Origin: Acidimicrobiales bacterium
GTDB taxonomy: Bacteria; Actinomycetota; Acidimicrobiia; Acidimicrobiales; JAUJNH01
Assembly: GCA_038255915.1 (NCBI GenBank)
Contig: JBBSKY010000004.1
Span: 432 to 64,431 of the forward strand
DNA length: 64,000 nucleotides
Reading direction: 5' to 3'
The notes under the pieces are model-generated. The model was given only the letters and a program-made list of their open reading frames with translations, did no database searches and was not told where the DNA came from. Shown in pieces: positions 54,788-64,000 of this stretch; position 1 is the first letter of the stretch, and each line of letters begins with the position of its first letter. The position numbers and the translations under genes are program-made.

Positions 54788-55816
54788 TCAGGGGAGCTTC
54801 TGCTGCCAGGCCAGGCTGAGGCCGGCGGCGACGACGAGGAGGGCGACGCCGACGCCGAGGGGCCAGTGGGTGGCGTCCTTGCGCTCCTTGCGGAAGCCGA
54901 TCTTGGAGCCGATGTCGTCGTAGACCTTCTCCAGCTGGCCGGCCGAGGGGGCGTCGTAGAACTGGCCGCCCGTGCGCTCGGCCACGGCCTGGAGGGTCTC
55001 GGGGTCGGGCGGGACGGTCTGCAGGCGGCTGCCGCCCCGGCCGTCGGGGATGAGGGCCTGGCCGGTGGCCGTGCCGAGGGCGACGGTGTAGATCGGCACC
55101 TGCAGCTCGTTGGCGATGTCGGCGGCGTCGAGCGGCTGGGTCTGGCCCACGGTGTTGGCCCCGTCGGAGATGAGGAGGACCGACGCCGGCACCCGGGCGT
55201 TCGGGTCGGGGTTGATGGCACCGCCGTCCAGGGGCGGGATCCCGCCGTCCTCGGACGCGGCGAGCGCCTCGGGCCGCACCAGGCCGACGCCGTTGATGAG
55301 GGCGTCGCCCATGGCGGTGCCCCCACCGGCTGAGAGGGTGTCGATGGCGGTGCGCACCTGCCCGCGATCCTGGGTGGGCGGGGCCAGCACCCGAACGGTG
55401 GACGAGAAGGCGATGAGACCCACCCGGAACTTGGGGGGCAGGCCGTCGACGAAGCTGCGGGCCGACTCCTGGGCCGCGGTGATCCGGTCGGGCTGCACGT
55501 CGTCGGCCTTCATCGAGCCCGAGACGTCGAGGATGAGGACGATGGTCGCCTCCTCCCGCGGGACGTTGATGTTGGCCTGCGGGCGGGCCAGCCCGCCCAG
55601 GAGGGCGGTCATGGCCAAGAGGAACACCGCGGCGGGCACGTGGCGGCGCCATCGGGGGCTGCGCTCGACCACCGACTCGAGCAGGGCGAGGTTGGTGAAG
55701 CGCACCACGTCCTTCGGGCGCCGCCGCTGCAGCAGCACGTAGGCGGCCAGGAACGCAGGCACCAGGACCAGGAGCCACAGGAAGCGGGCGTCGCCGAAGC
55801 TCTCCGAGAAGCTCAT
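54788..55816 (-). CDS. VWA domain membrane protein (BatA-like)
   Basis: DVSGSM MIDAS, TAMGDA, SDG, C-terminal TM. Confidence 0.9.
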   Translation of the reverse strand: MSFSESFGDARFLWLLVLVPAFLAAYVLLQRRRPKDVVRFTNLALLESVVERSPRWRRHVPAAVFLLAMTALLGGLARPQANINVPREEATIVLILDVSGSMKADDVQPDRITAAQESARSFVDGLPPKFRVGLIAFSSTVRVLAPPTQDRGQVRTAIDTLSAGGGTAMGDALINGVGLVRPEALAASEDGGIPPLDGGAINPDPNARVPASVLLISDGANTVGQTQPLDAADIANELQVPIYTVALGTATGQALIPDGRGGSRLQTVPPDPETLQAVAERTGGQFYDAPSAGQLEKVYDDIGSKIGFRKERKDATHWPLGVGVALLVVAAGLSLAWQQKLP

Positions 55817-56772
55817 GAGGTAGCACCCGCCGTCCCGCTCTGCTGGTCGGCTCGGGCCCCGTCCCGCAGGGTGAGGAAGCTGGCCAGTGGGGCCAGCCAG
55901 TCGCCCTCGGTGGTGAGGACCACGTGGTCGGCCCCGGTGCCGGTCACAGCACCAGCCACCGCGGCCCGCTCGGCGGCGGCGGCGGCGGCGAAGCGCTCGC
56001 GCAGCCGTCGGCTGGAGGTGTCGACCCGAAGGAGCCGGCCGGTCTCGGGGTCGACCAGGGTCAGCTCGCCCACCGCCGGCAGCGACTGCTCCCGGGCGTC
56101 GCGGACCTCGGTGACCACCACGTCGTGGCGGGCGGCCAGGCCGAGCAGCGCTACGCGCCAGGCGCGGTCCGCGTCGCCCCGAAGGTCGGTGACGACCACC
56201 ACCAGGCTCCGGCTGCGGGCCAGGCGGCCGGTGCGCTGCAGGGCCGCGGCCAGGCCTTCGGTGCTCCGCTCGGCCGCCGGCTCGGGGGGCGGGCGGTCGC
56301 GGGCCGCCCGCAGGGTGGACGACACGGCCAGCAGGCCGTGCCGGCCCTGGCTCGGGGGGCGGTGGCCCTCCTCGCCGTCGCCGAAGGTGACGACCCCGAC
56401 CCGGTTCACACCCCGGGTGGCGGCGTGAGCCACGGCGAGGCAGGCGCCGCTGGCCACATCGGCCTTGGTGCGGTCAGCCGTGCCCCAGGTCATCGAGGCG
56501 CTGACGTCCAGCACCAGCCAGGTGGTGAGGGCCCGCTCGGCCACGTGCACCCGCACGTGGGGCTGGCCGGTGCGGGCGGTGGCGTTCCAGTCGATCTTGC
56601 GCACGTCGTCGCCGGGCACGTACGGCCGGACCTGGGCCAGCTCGGTGCCCTGGCCGAGGCGCAGCGACCGGTGGTCGCCTGACAGCAGCCCGTCGACCTT
56701 CCGCCGCACCGACAGCTCGAGGGCGCGCAGCACCGCCCCACCCGGCACCAGCTCGTCTGCCACCGCACTCAC
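55813..56772 (-). CDS. DUF58 domain protein
   Basis: RPYVPGDDVRKIDWNATAR, DVSASM. Confidence 0.92.
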   Translation of the reverse strand: MSAVADELVPGGAVLRALELSVRRKVDGLLSGDHRSLRLGQGTELAQVRPYVPGDDVRKIDWNATARTGQPHVRVHVAERALTTWLVLDVSASMTWGTADRTKADVASGACLAVAHAATRGVNRVGVVTFGDGEEGHRPPSQGRHGLLAVSSTLRAARDRPPPEPAAERSTEGLAAALQRTGRLARSRSLVVVVTDLRGDADRAWRVALLGLAARHDVVVTEVRDAREQSLPAVGELTLVDPETGRLLRVDTSSRRLRERFAAAAAAERAAVAGAVTGTGADHVVLTTEGDWLAPLASFLTLRDGARADQQSGTAGATS

Positions 56773-57770
56773 GCCGGGATGGCCCCGGCACGGGTCAGGT
56801 CGATCCTGGGCTGGGGCACCGTCTGCAGGACGGTCTCGACGATCCGGTCGGCCTCGACGCCCTCGGCCAGCGCCTGGTAGCTGAGCACGAGGCGGTGGCG
56901 CAGCACGTCGGGGGCCAGGTCGGTGACGTCGTGGGGCAGGGCGTAGGAGCGGCCCCGCAGGAGGGCCAGCGAGCGGGCCCCGTGCACCAGGTTGAGCGAG
57001 GCCCGGGGGCTGGCGCCGTAGTCGACGAAGGCGGTGAGGTGGCCGAGGCCGACCTGCTCAGGGTGGCGGGTGGCGTTGACCAGGCTGACGGCGTACTCGG
57101 CCACCGACTGGTCGACGAAGACCTTGGCCGCCGCGGCCTGGAAGCGGTGCAGCTCCTCGACGGTCAGCACCTGCTCGACCCGGTCGGGCGGCAGGAGGCT
57201 TCGGCGCACCACCTCCAGCTCCTCGCGCGGCGTCGGGTAGTCGACCCGCACCTTCATCATGAAGCGGTCGACCTGGGCCTCGGGCAGCGGGTAGGTGCCC
57301 TCGGACTCGATCGGGTTCATCGTGGCCAGGACCAGGAACGGGTCGGGCACGGCAAAGGTGTCCTTGCCGATGGTGACCTGGCGCTCCTGCATCACCTCGA
57401 GCAGGGCCGACTGCACCTTGGCTGGAGCCCGGTTGATCTCGTCGGCGAGGAGCAGGTTGCAGAAGACCGGCCCCTTCTCGGTGTCGAAACCCTTGCCGTC
57501 GGTGCGGTAGATCCGGGTGCCCACCAGGTCGGACGGCACCAGGTCGGGGGTGAACTGGATCCGGGCGTCGGTGCCGCCCAGGACCCGGGCCAGGGTGGAC
57601 ACCGTCTTGGTCTTGGCCAGCCCGGGGACCCCCTCGATGAGGAGGTGCCCGCCGGTGAGAAGGGCGACGAGGACCCGCTCCAGCAGCTGCTCCTGGCCGA
57701 CGATGACCTTCTTGATCTCGAACAGCGCCTGTTCGAGCCGGGCTTGTGCGCTGTTCTCGTCCACGGGCAT
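56769..57770 (-). CDS. moxR: MoxR-family AAA+ ATPase
   Basis: EGVPGLAKT, RIQFTPDL, DEINRAPAKVQSALLE, GASPRA. Confidence 0.95.
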   Translation of the reverse strand: MPVDENSAQARLEQALFEIKKVIVGQEQLLERVLVALLTGGHLLIEGVPGLAKTKTVSTLARVLGGTDARIQFTPDLVPSDLVGTRIYRTDGKGFDTEKGPVFCNLLLADEINRAPAKVQSALLEVMQERQVTIGKDTFAVPDPFLVLATMNPIESEGTYPLPEAQVDRFMMKVRVDYPTPREELEVVRRSLLPPDRVEQVLTVEELHRFQAAAAKVFVDQSVAEYAVSLVNATRHPEQVGLGHLTAFVDYGASPRASLNLVHGARSLALLRGRSYALPHDVTDLAPDVLRHRLVLSYQALAEGVEADRIVETVLQTVPQPRIDLTRAGAIPA

Positions 57771-57825
57771 GCCCAACGGTAGGCCAGGGTCCTCCAGTTC
57801 CCCGACCGGGCCTAGCCTCGTCGGT

Positions 57826-60800
57826 GTGGCAGGCGAGGGCGGCACGCGGACGGCCGGGATCTCGGGTCCCAACGACTGGTTCGTCGACGAGATGTTCGAC
57901 GCCTGGAAGCTGGACCCGGCCTCAGTCCCCGAGGTCTGGCGCGACTTCTTCGGCGGCGACGTGCCGTCGTCGGCCGGGCCGGCCCGGGGTGCCCACCGGC
58001 CGGCGCCGGCGCCGCCCAGCCCGGCGCCGACCCGGCCCCCCAAGCTGGCCCCGCCGCCGGTGCGCACCGCAACGCCAGCCCCGGCCCCGCCCGCCCCGCC
58101 CGCCGTCTCCCCGGAGGGGTCGCCGCTGCGGGGCGTGGCCCTCACCGTGGCCCGCAACATGGACTCCAGCCTGTCCATGCCGACGGCCACGTCGGTGCGG
58201 GCCGTCCCGGCCAAGCTGCTCGAGCGCAACCGGCTGATCATGAACAACTACCTGCGGCGCCACCGGGAGGGGAAGGTCAGCTTCACCCACCTCATCGGCT
58301 ACGCCGTCGTCAGCGCCGTCAAGGCCCTGCCCGTCATGAACAACGAGTACGTCCCCGCCGCCGCCGACCGCGGGGCTCTCCTCCACCAGCGGGAGCACAT
58401 CGGCCTCGGCTTGGCCGTCGACACCGCCCGGCCTGACGGCACCCGCACCCTGATGGTCGTGTGCATCAAGAACGCCGAGGCCCTCGACTTCCGGGGCTTC
58501 TGGCTGGCCTACGAGGAGCTGATCCGCAAGGTCCGCACCGGCAAGATCACCCCCGACGACTTCAGCGGGGTCACCGTGACCCTGACCAACCCCGGCACCA
58601 TCGGCACCGGCCACTCGGTGCCCCGGCTCATGCCGGGCCAGGGCTGCATCGTCGGCGTCGGCCGGATCGACTACCCCGCCGCCTTCAAGGCGGCCGACGA
58701 GCGGGCCCTGGCCGAGCTGGGGCTGTCGAAGGAGGTGGTCCTCACCTCCACCTACGACCACCGCATCATCCAGGGCGCCGAGTCGGGCCAGTTCCTGGCC
58801 ACGATCGAGCACTACCTGATGGGTGAGGACGGGTTCTACGACCGGGCCTTCGAGAGCCTGGGCGTGCCCTACGTCCCGGTGCGCTGGAGCCGCGACGTCA
58901 ACCCGGTCGACTCCGAGACCGGCCGGCTGCACAAGCAGATCCACGTCCAGAACCTCGTCTTCAACTACCGCCTCCGCGGCCACCTCATCGCCGACCTCGA
59001 CCCCCTCGGCCTCATGGCGCCGAAGCTGCACGCCGAGCTCGACCCGGCCACCTACGGGCTCACCCTGTGGGACCTCGACCGCGAGTTCCTCACCGACGGG
59101 CTGGCCGGCACCCAACGGCTGACGCTGGGCGAGATCCTCGGCCTGCTGCGCGACGCCTACTGCCGCACCGTCGGGATCGAGTACCTCCACATCCAGGAGC
59201 CGGCCGAGCAGCGTTGGATCCAGGAGCAGGTCGAGGGCCGCTCGTGGTCCACCAGCCCGGAGGAGCAGCACCACGTCCTCGACCGGCTCAACGCCGCCGA
59301 GGCCCTCGAGAAGTTCCTCGACACCAAGTACCGGGGGGCCAAGCGCTTCGGCATCGAGGGAGCCGAGTCGGCCATCGTGATCCTCGACGCCGTGCTCGAC
59401 GCCGCCGCCGTCGCCGGGGTGCCCGAGGCCGTCCTCGGGATGACCCACCGGGGCCGGCTCAACGTGCTGGTGAACATCGTCGGCCAGCCCTACGGCGAGC
59501 TGTTCGACCAGTTCGAGGGCAACCTCGATCCCGAGACCACCCAGGGGTCGGGGGACGTGAAGTACCACAAGGGGTTCCACGGCACCTACGCCGGCCTGTC
59601 CGACACGCCGATCGACGTCACCCTGGCCTCAAACCCCAGCCACCTCGAGGCGGTCGACCCGATCGTCGTCGGCATGGTCCGGGCCCGCCAGGACGTCCGG
59701 GACGAGCCCGGCCGCGCCGCCGTGCTGCCCGTCCTCATCCACGGCGACGCCGCCTTCGCCGGCCAGGGGGTGGTGGCCGAGACGCTGAACATGAGCCAGC
59801 TGCGGGGCTACAGCGTGGGCGGCACCGTGCACCTGGTCATCAACAACCAGCTGGGCTTCACCACCGCCCCGGACGCCGCCCGGTCCTCGCAGTACTCCAC
59901 CGACGTGGCCAAGATGGTGCAGGCCCCCATCTTCCACGTCAACGGCGACGACCCCGAGGCCTGCGCCCGAGTCGGCCGGCTGGCCCTGGCCTACCGCCAG
60001 GCGTTTCACAAGGACGTCGTCATCGAGATGGTCTGCTACCGCCGGTTCGGCCACAACGAGACCGACGACCCGAGCCTCACCCAGCCGCTCATGTACGAGC
60101 GCATCAAGAACCGCCGATCGGTGCGCAAGCTCTACGTCGAGTCCCTCGTCCGCCGGGGCGATATCACCGTGGACGAGGCCGAGACCGCCCTGGCCGACTT
60201 CTCCTCCCGCCTGCAGCGGGCCCTCGAGGAGACCCGCAAGGCGGCCCCGCCCAAGCTCAGCGTGCTGCCCCCTCCACCGCGGCCGGCGCCCCTGCTCCCC
60301 CCGGCCAAGACCGCCGTCGACCACGGGACCCTCGATCGGGTGGCGTCGGCGCTGTTCAGCCACCCCGACGGCTTCTCCGTCCATCCCAAGCTGGAGAAGG
60401 TGCTCGACCAGCGCCGCCAGCGGTGGGAGCAGGGCCAGGTCGACTGGGCCATGGGCGAGTCCCTGGCGTTCGGCACCATGCTGCTGGAGGGCCACGACGT
60501 GCGGATCGCCGGCCAGGACACCCGGCGGGGCACCTTCAGCCACCGCAACGCCGTCCTGGTCGACCACCGCACCGGCGTCGAGCACCGACCGCTCGATCAC
60601 GTCGACCCCGAGCAGGGTCGCTTCTTCATCTACGACTCGTTGCTCAGCGAGTACGCGGCCCTGGGCTTCGAGTACGGCTACGCCACCGTCCACCGCCACG
60701 CCTTTGTGGCCTGGGAGGCCCAGTTCGGCGACTTCGTCAACGGCGCCCAGATCGTGATCGACCAGTTCCTGGCCGCCGCCGAGGACAAGTGGGACCAGAC

Positions 60801-61464
60801 CTGCGGCCTCACCCTCCTGCTGCCCCACGGCTACGAGGGCCAGGGCCCCGAGCACTCCTCCGGCCGGATCGAGCGCTTCCTCACCCTGTGCGCCGAGTCG
60901 AACATGCAGGTGGCCGACGTCACCACCGCCAGCCAGCTGTTCCACCTGCTGCGCCGGCAGGTCGTGCGCGACTTCCCCAAGCCGCTGGTGCTGTTCACCC
61001 CCAAGGCGTTCCTGCGGGCCAAGGAGGCCCACAGCCCCCTCGACGAGCTCACCGACGGGGTCTTCCACGAGGTCCTCGACGACGACACCGTGACGGACGC
61101 CGCCGCCGTGCGCCGGGTGGTGCTGGCCAGCGGCAAGGTGGCCCTCGAGGCCCGGAACGACAAGGCCAGCCGCGGCCTGGGCGAGGTCGCCGTCGTGCGG
61201 GTCGAGCAGCTCTACCCCTTCCCCGAGGGTCCCATCGCCGAGGTGCTGGCCCGCTACGGCCAGGCCACCTCGCTGTGCTGGCTGCAGGAGGAGCCGGAGA
61301 ACATGGGCGCCTGGAGCTTCGTGCGCAGCCGCCTCGAACGGGCCTTCGGCGGCGACCTGGCCCTCACCCACGTCTCCCGCTGGGAGTCCGGCAGCCCCGC
61401 CACCGGCTCCAAGGAGGTCTCCGACCTGGAGAAGGCCGACCTCCTGCGGCGGGCCCTGACCTGA
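57826..61464 (+). CDS. kgd: Multifunctional 2-oxoglutarate decarboxylase/dehydrogenase (E2+E1 fusion)
   Basis: TYDHRIIQGAESG, HRGRLN, HGDAAF.GQG, LPHGYEGQGPEHSS. Confidence 0.96.
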   Translation: MAGEGGTRTAGISGPNDWFVDEMFDAWKLDPASVPEVWRDFFGGDVPSSAGPARGAHRPAPAPPSPAPTRPPKLAPPPVRTATPAPAPPAPPAVSPEGSPLRGVALTVARNMDSSLSMPTATSVRAVPAKLLERNRLIMNNYLRRHREGKVSFTHLIGYAVVSAVKALPVMNNEYVPAAADRGALLHQREHIGLGLAVDTARPDGTRTLMVVCIKNAEALDFRGFWLAYEELIRKVRTGKITPDDFSGVTVTLTNPGTIGTGHSVPRLMPGQGCIVGVGRIDYPAAFKAADERALAELGLSKEVVLTSTYDHRIIQGAESGQFLATIEHYLMGEDGFYDRAFESLGVPYVPVRWSRDVNPVDSETGRLHKQIHVQNLVFNYRLRGHLIADLDPLGLMAPKLHAELDPATYGLTLWDLDREFLTDGLAGTQRLTLGEILGLLRDAYCRTVGIEYLHIQEPAEQRWIQEQVEGRSWSTSPEEQHHVLDRLNAAEALEKFLDTKYRGAKRFGIEGAESAIVILDAVLDAAAVAGVPEAVLGMTHRGRLNVLVNIVGQPYGELFDQFEGNLDPETTQGSGDVKYHKGFHGTYAGLSDTPIDVTLASNPSHLEAVDPIVVGMVRARQDVRDEPGRAAVLPVLIHGDAAFAGQGVVAETLNMSQLRGYSVGGTVHLVINNQLGFTTAPDAARSSQYSTDVAKMVQAPIFHVNGDDPEACARVGRLALAYRQAFHKDVVIEMVCYRRFGHNETDDPSLTQPLMYERIKNRRSVRKLYVESLVRRGDITVDEAETALADFSSRLQRALEETRKAAPPKLSVLPPPPRPAPLLPPAKTAVDHGTLDRVASALFSHPDGFSVHPKLEKVLDQRRQRWEQGQVDWAMGESLAFGTMLLEGHDVRIAGQDTRRGTFSHRNAVLVDHRTGVEHRPLDHVDPEQGRFFIYDSLLSEYAALGFEYGYATVHRHAFVAWEAQFGDFVNGAQIVIDQFLAAAEDKWDQTCGLTLLLPHGYEGQGPEHSSGRIERFLTLCAESNMQVADVTTASQLFHLLRRQVVRDFPKPLVLFTPKAFLRAKEAHSPLDELTDGVFHEVLDDDTVTDAAAVRRVVLASGKVALEARNDKASRGLGEVAVVRVEQLYPFPEGPIAEVLARYGQATSLCWLQEEPENMGAWSFVRSRLERAFGGDLALTHVSRWESGSPATGSKEVSDLEKADLLRRALT

Positions 61465-61471
61465 GGGAGAC

Positions 61472-62146
61472 TCAGGGGCTCGGCTCGGCGTCGACCAGCT
61501 TCTGCTCGAGGTGGAAGCGGACGCGGGCGGCCGTGCAGGGCTCGTCCTGGCGCAGGGTGCCCCGGCCGAGAGGGGTGGCGTCGGAGGCCCGGGCGGCCAG
61601 CAGGTAGCAGCGCCCGCTGTCGGAGCGGGTGGTCCCGAACCAGAAGCCCTGGGCCTGGTCAGCTGAGACCCGGGTGGCCTGGTCGGACGCCACGTCGCCG
61701 GCCAGGACGGTGACCACGGCCTCCTGGCGGTACCCGGGGTCGTCGGTGGCCCGGTGCAGGGCGGTGGCCAGGCTGGCGATGGCCTCCCGGTCGCTGCGGG
61801 CGCCGGGGGAGGAGGTCGAGACCACCGCCCCGATCCCCGCCAGGAGCAGCAGGACCGACGAGAGCCCGAGCAGCCAGGCCACGATCCGGATGCGGTGGCC
61901 CCGGCCGCCGTGGACCTTGGCCCGTCCCGGGTCGTAGCGCCCGCCCGGGGCTGGGGCGCTGGGGGCCCGGACCGAGGTGGCCGTGGAGCTGGTGCCGCTG
62001 GGCTCCGTCGGGCTGAAGCCACCACCGTCGGCGGCGGCCATGGTGAGCGGGAACTGACAGTGCGGGCACTCGGTGGCCCGCTGGGGGAGGCTGGCGTCGC
62101 ACCAGGGGCACCGCGCTACCGCGCTCTGCTGTGCTCGCCTGGACAT
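61472..62146 (-). CDS. Hypothetical protein: zinc ribbon, TM, pilin-like extracellular domain
   Basis: CPWC...CPHC, hydrophobic helix, RSDSGRCY...C; GGAGGA RBS. Confidence 0.65.
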   Translation of the reverse strand: MSRRAQQSAVARCPWCDASLPQRATECPHCQFPLTMAAADGGGFSPTEPSGTSSTATSVRAPSAPAPGGRYDPGRAKVHGGRGHRIRIVAWLLGLSSVLLLLAGIGAVVSTSSPGARSDREAIASLATALHRATDDPGYRQEAVVTVLAGDVASDQATRVSADQAQGFWFGTTRSDSGRCYLLAARASDATPLGRGTLRQDEPCTAARVRFHLEQKLVDAEPSP

Positions 62147-62250
62147 CGGCTTCTCCTCCGGAACCTTCCGGGAACAGCCTGCCATGGCCTGGGGTGATGT
62201 GCGTAGGGCTCCTCGGCCGGCACGGGGCGAACCTAGGTTGGGCAGCCGCC

Positions 62251-63453
62251 GTGGCCTCCCTCCTCGTGACCAACGACTTCCCCCCCAAGCTGGGCGGCAT
62301 CCAGTCCTACCTGTGGGAGCTGTGGCGGCGGCTCCCCGCCGGACGGGCATCGGTCCTCGCCACCCCCCACGCCGGAGCAGCGGCCTTCGACGCCGCCGCC
62401 GCCCCGCTCCGGGTCACCCGCACCATCGAACCGGTCCTGCTGCCCCACCCCCTCCTCGGGGCCCGGATCCGCCGCCAGGCCCGGCACGACGGCGCCAGCC
62501 TGGTCGTCCTCGACCCGGCCCTGCCCCTCGGCTGGGTCGGCCCTGCCCTGTCCCGGGCCTCCCGGCCGGGCAGCATCGCACTGCTGTCTGCCTCCGGAGC
62601 GGGCGGGCTGTCCTGCCTGCCCTATGCCTTGGTGCTGCACGGGGCGGAGGTGACGGTGGCCGCCAGCCTGCCCGGCCTCGACCGGATGCTGGCCCGGGTA
62701 GTGCGGGGCGCGAGCCTCCTCATCTGCGCGGGCGGCTACCCGGCGGCCCAGGCCGCCCGCTGCGTCGGCGGGTCGGCCTTGCTGCCCCCGGTGGCGGTGA
62801 TCCCGCCCGGAGTCGACATCGAGCGCTTCCGGCCCCTGGATGCGCTACAGCGCAAGACGGCCCGCCGCCGGCTCGGGCTGGCGGAGGACGCCCCGCTCGT
62901 CGTCGGCGTCAGCCGTCTGGTGCCCCGCAAGGGCTTCGACGTGCTGCTGCGGGCGGCCGCCCGGCTGGCCGACCGGCTGCCCGGGCTCGTCGTGGCCATA
63001 GCCGGCGACGGCCGGGACCGGCCCCGCCTGGAGCGTGAGGCCCGCCGCAGCGGAGCCCCCGTGCGGTTCCTCGGGTTGCTCTCAGACGAGGAGCTCCCGG
63101 CCTTGCTCGGGTGCGCCGACGCCTTTGCCATGTGCTGCCGGGACCGCTGGCTCGGCCTCGAGCAGGAGGGCTTCGGGATCGTGTTCCTCGAGGCCGCGGC
63201 CTGTGGGGTGCCCGTGCTCGCCGGCTCCAGCGGCGGCGCCTCCGAGGCCGTCCTCGACGGTATGACCGGGCTGGTGTGCGACCGGCCCCGCGACGCCGAC
63301 GCCGTGGCTGCCACCCTCCTCCCCCTCCTGGCTGACCCCGATCTGGCCCGGCGCCTGGGTCGGGCCGCCCGCCTCCGGGTCGAGCGCCACCACGACTACG
63401 ACCGCCTGGCCGTTCAGCTCGACGCCACCCTGCACGCGGCAGAGGTGCGGTGA
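62251..63453 (+). CDS. GT4 glycosyltransferase, PimB'-like mannosyltransferase
   Basis: VTNDFPP..GGIQSY, HGAE, SRLVPRKG, EGFGIVFLEA. Confidence 0.9.
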   Translation: MASLLVTNDFPPKLGGIQSYLWELWRRLPAGRASVLATPHAGAAAFDAAAAPLRVTRTIEPVLLPHPLLGARIRRQARHDGASLVVLDPALPLGWVGPALSRASRPGSIALLSASGAGGLSCLPYALVLHGAEVTVAASLPGLDRMLARVVRGASLLICAGGYPAAQAARCVGGSALLPPVAVIPPGVDIERFRPLDALQRKTARRRLGLAEDAPLVVGVSRLVPRKGFDVLLRAAARLADRLPGLVVAIAGDGRDRPRLEREARRSGAPVRFLGLLSDEELPALLGCADAFAMCCRDRWLGLEQEGFGIVFLEAAACGVPVLAGSSGGASEAVLDGMTGLVCDRPRDADAVAATLLPLLADPDLARRLGRAARLRVERHHDYDRLAVQLDATLHAAEVR

Positions 63454-63545
63454 CCCGCAGCAACGGCCTCCGATTCGGCAGCTGTCGGGAGTGTGTGTCG
63501 CTCAGCGCACCCCTACTCCCGGCAGCTCGAGGGGGACGACAGTGA
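63450..63545 (+). other. MIRU-like hairpin mini-ORF (31 aa)
   Basis: GTGA overlaps at both ends; 13-bp stem 63480-63492/63515-63527. Confidence 0.55.
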
Positions 63546-64000
63546 CGGCCGAGCCGACCCGCCCGGCCGTCACCGCTCCTCCCGAGGGAACGGGGCGCGG
63601 CGTGGTGAAGGCCGCCTGGGCCGGGGTGGCCGTGCAGGCCCTCGCCGCTGCGGCGGCGCTCGCGGCAGCCGCAGGCCGAGGGCCCCACGTCGTCGTCTGC
63701 GTCCTCTTGGCGCTCGGTGGCCTGGCCGCCTCCGCCCTCGCGTTCGTGCGGGCGGTGGCTCGCAGCCGGACCGAGCTGGTCGACGTCGCCGGCCTCTTCC
63801 TGCTCCTCGGCTCGGCCCCGAGGCGCACTCGCGGGTGGCTGTGGGGAGCGGTCGCCACCCAGACCACGCTGGGCGTTGCCACCGCCGCCGCCCGCCCCTA
63901 CACCTCGCTGGCCTTCGGCGTGCTGACCCCGCTGTGGGCCTACGGCCTCACCACCTGGTGGAACGCCCGCTACGGGGCCTTCCCCCCCCGGCCCCGGCGC
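63542..64000 (+). CDS. Hypothetical membrane protein (runs to window end)
   Basis: VTAEPTRP...AVARSR...GLF...RPYTSLAFGVL...ARYGAFPPR. Confidence 0.7.
   Translation, partial: MTAEPTRPAVTAPPEGTGRGVVKAAWAGVAVQALAAAAALAAAAGRGPHVVVCVLLALGGLAASALAFVRAVARSRTELVDVAGLFLLLGSAPRRTRGWLWGAVATQTTLGVATAAARPYTSLAFGVLTPLWAYGLTTWWNARYGAFPPRPRR

Noticed and set aside
57517..57825. N-terminal extensions in the ORF track for kgd (likewise murF, ettA, galT, moxR)
   Set aside because: They overlap opposite or adjacent genes; shorter starts have -10 elements and match family N-termini
62143..62170. GCCGAT at the start of the 61472-62146 gene as a sigma-28 -10
   Set aside because: Overlaps the ATG, has a poor -35, and a good RBS explains the region

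Overview
Very high-GC (by eye) actinobacterial chromosome segment; gene content and neighbourhoods suggest class Acidimicrobiia (inference). About 65 mostly housekeeping CDSs: sppA, mca, a SigK/RskA-like pair divergent from a cupredoxin plus two ferritin-like genes, a class A PBP, sepH, xth, murF/ddl, def, galT-galK, ettA, a moxR-DUF58-VWA cluster, kgd and a PimB'-like glycosyltransferase. I saw no rRNA, tRNA, CRISPR array, transposase or integrase. Main oddities: (1) galactokinase runs in frame into what looks like the toxin-binding C-terminus of a VapB antitoxin, directly followed by an intact VapC toxin gene; (2) a secreted protein ending exactly in PTYTG lies convergent with an L,D-transpeptidase, a candidate sortase-independent cell-wall anchoring system; (3) MIRU-like mini-ORF/hairpin inserts at stop/start overlaps and one in-frame insert inside a CDS; (4) a shared 22-bp PafBC-like promoter motif in front of two small genes, and a perfect LexA box by a pseudokinase-LysM operon; (5) a 204-bp duplicated arsC segment bracketing an LVIVD/PA gene; (6) several deletion-derived fusions or truncations. 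All product calls are from motif recognition by eye, not database searches.
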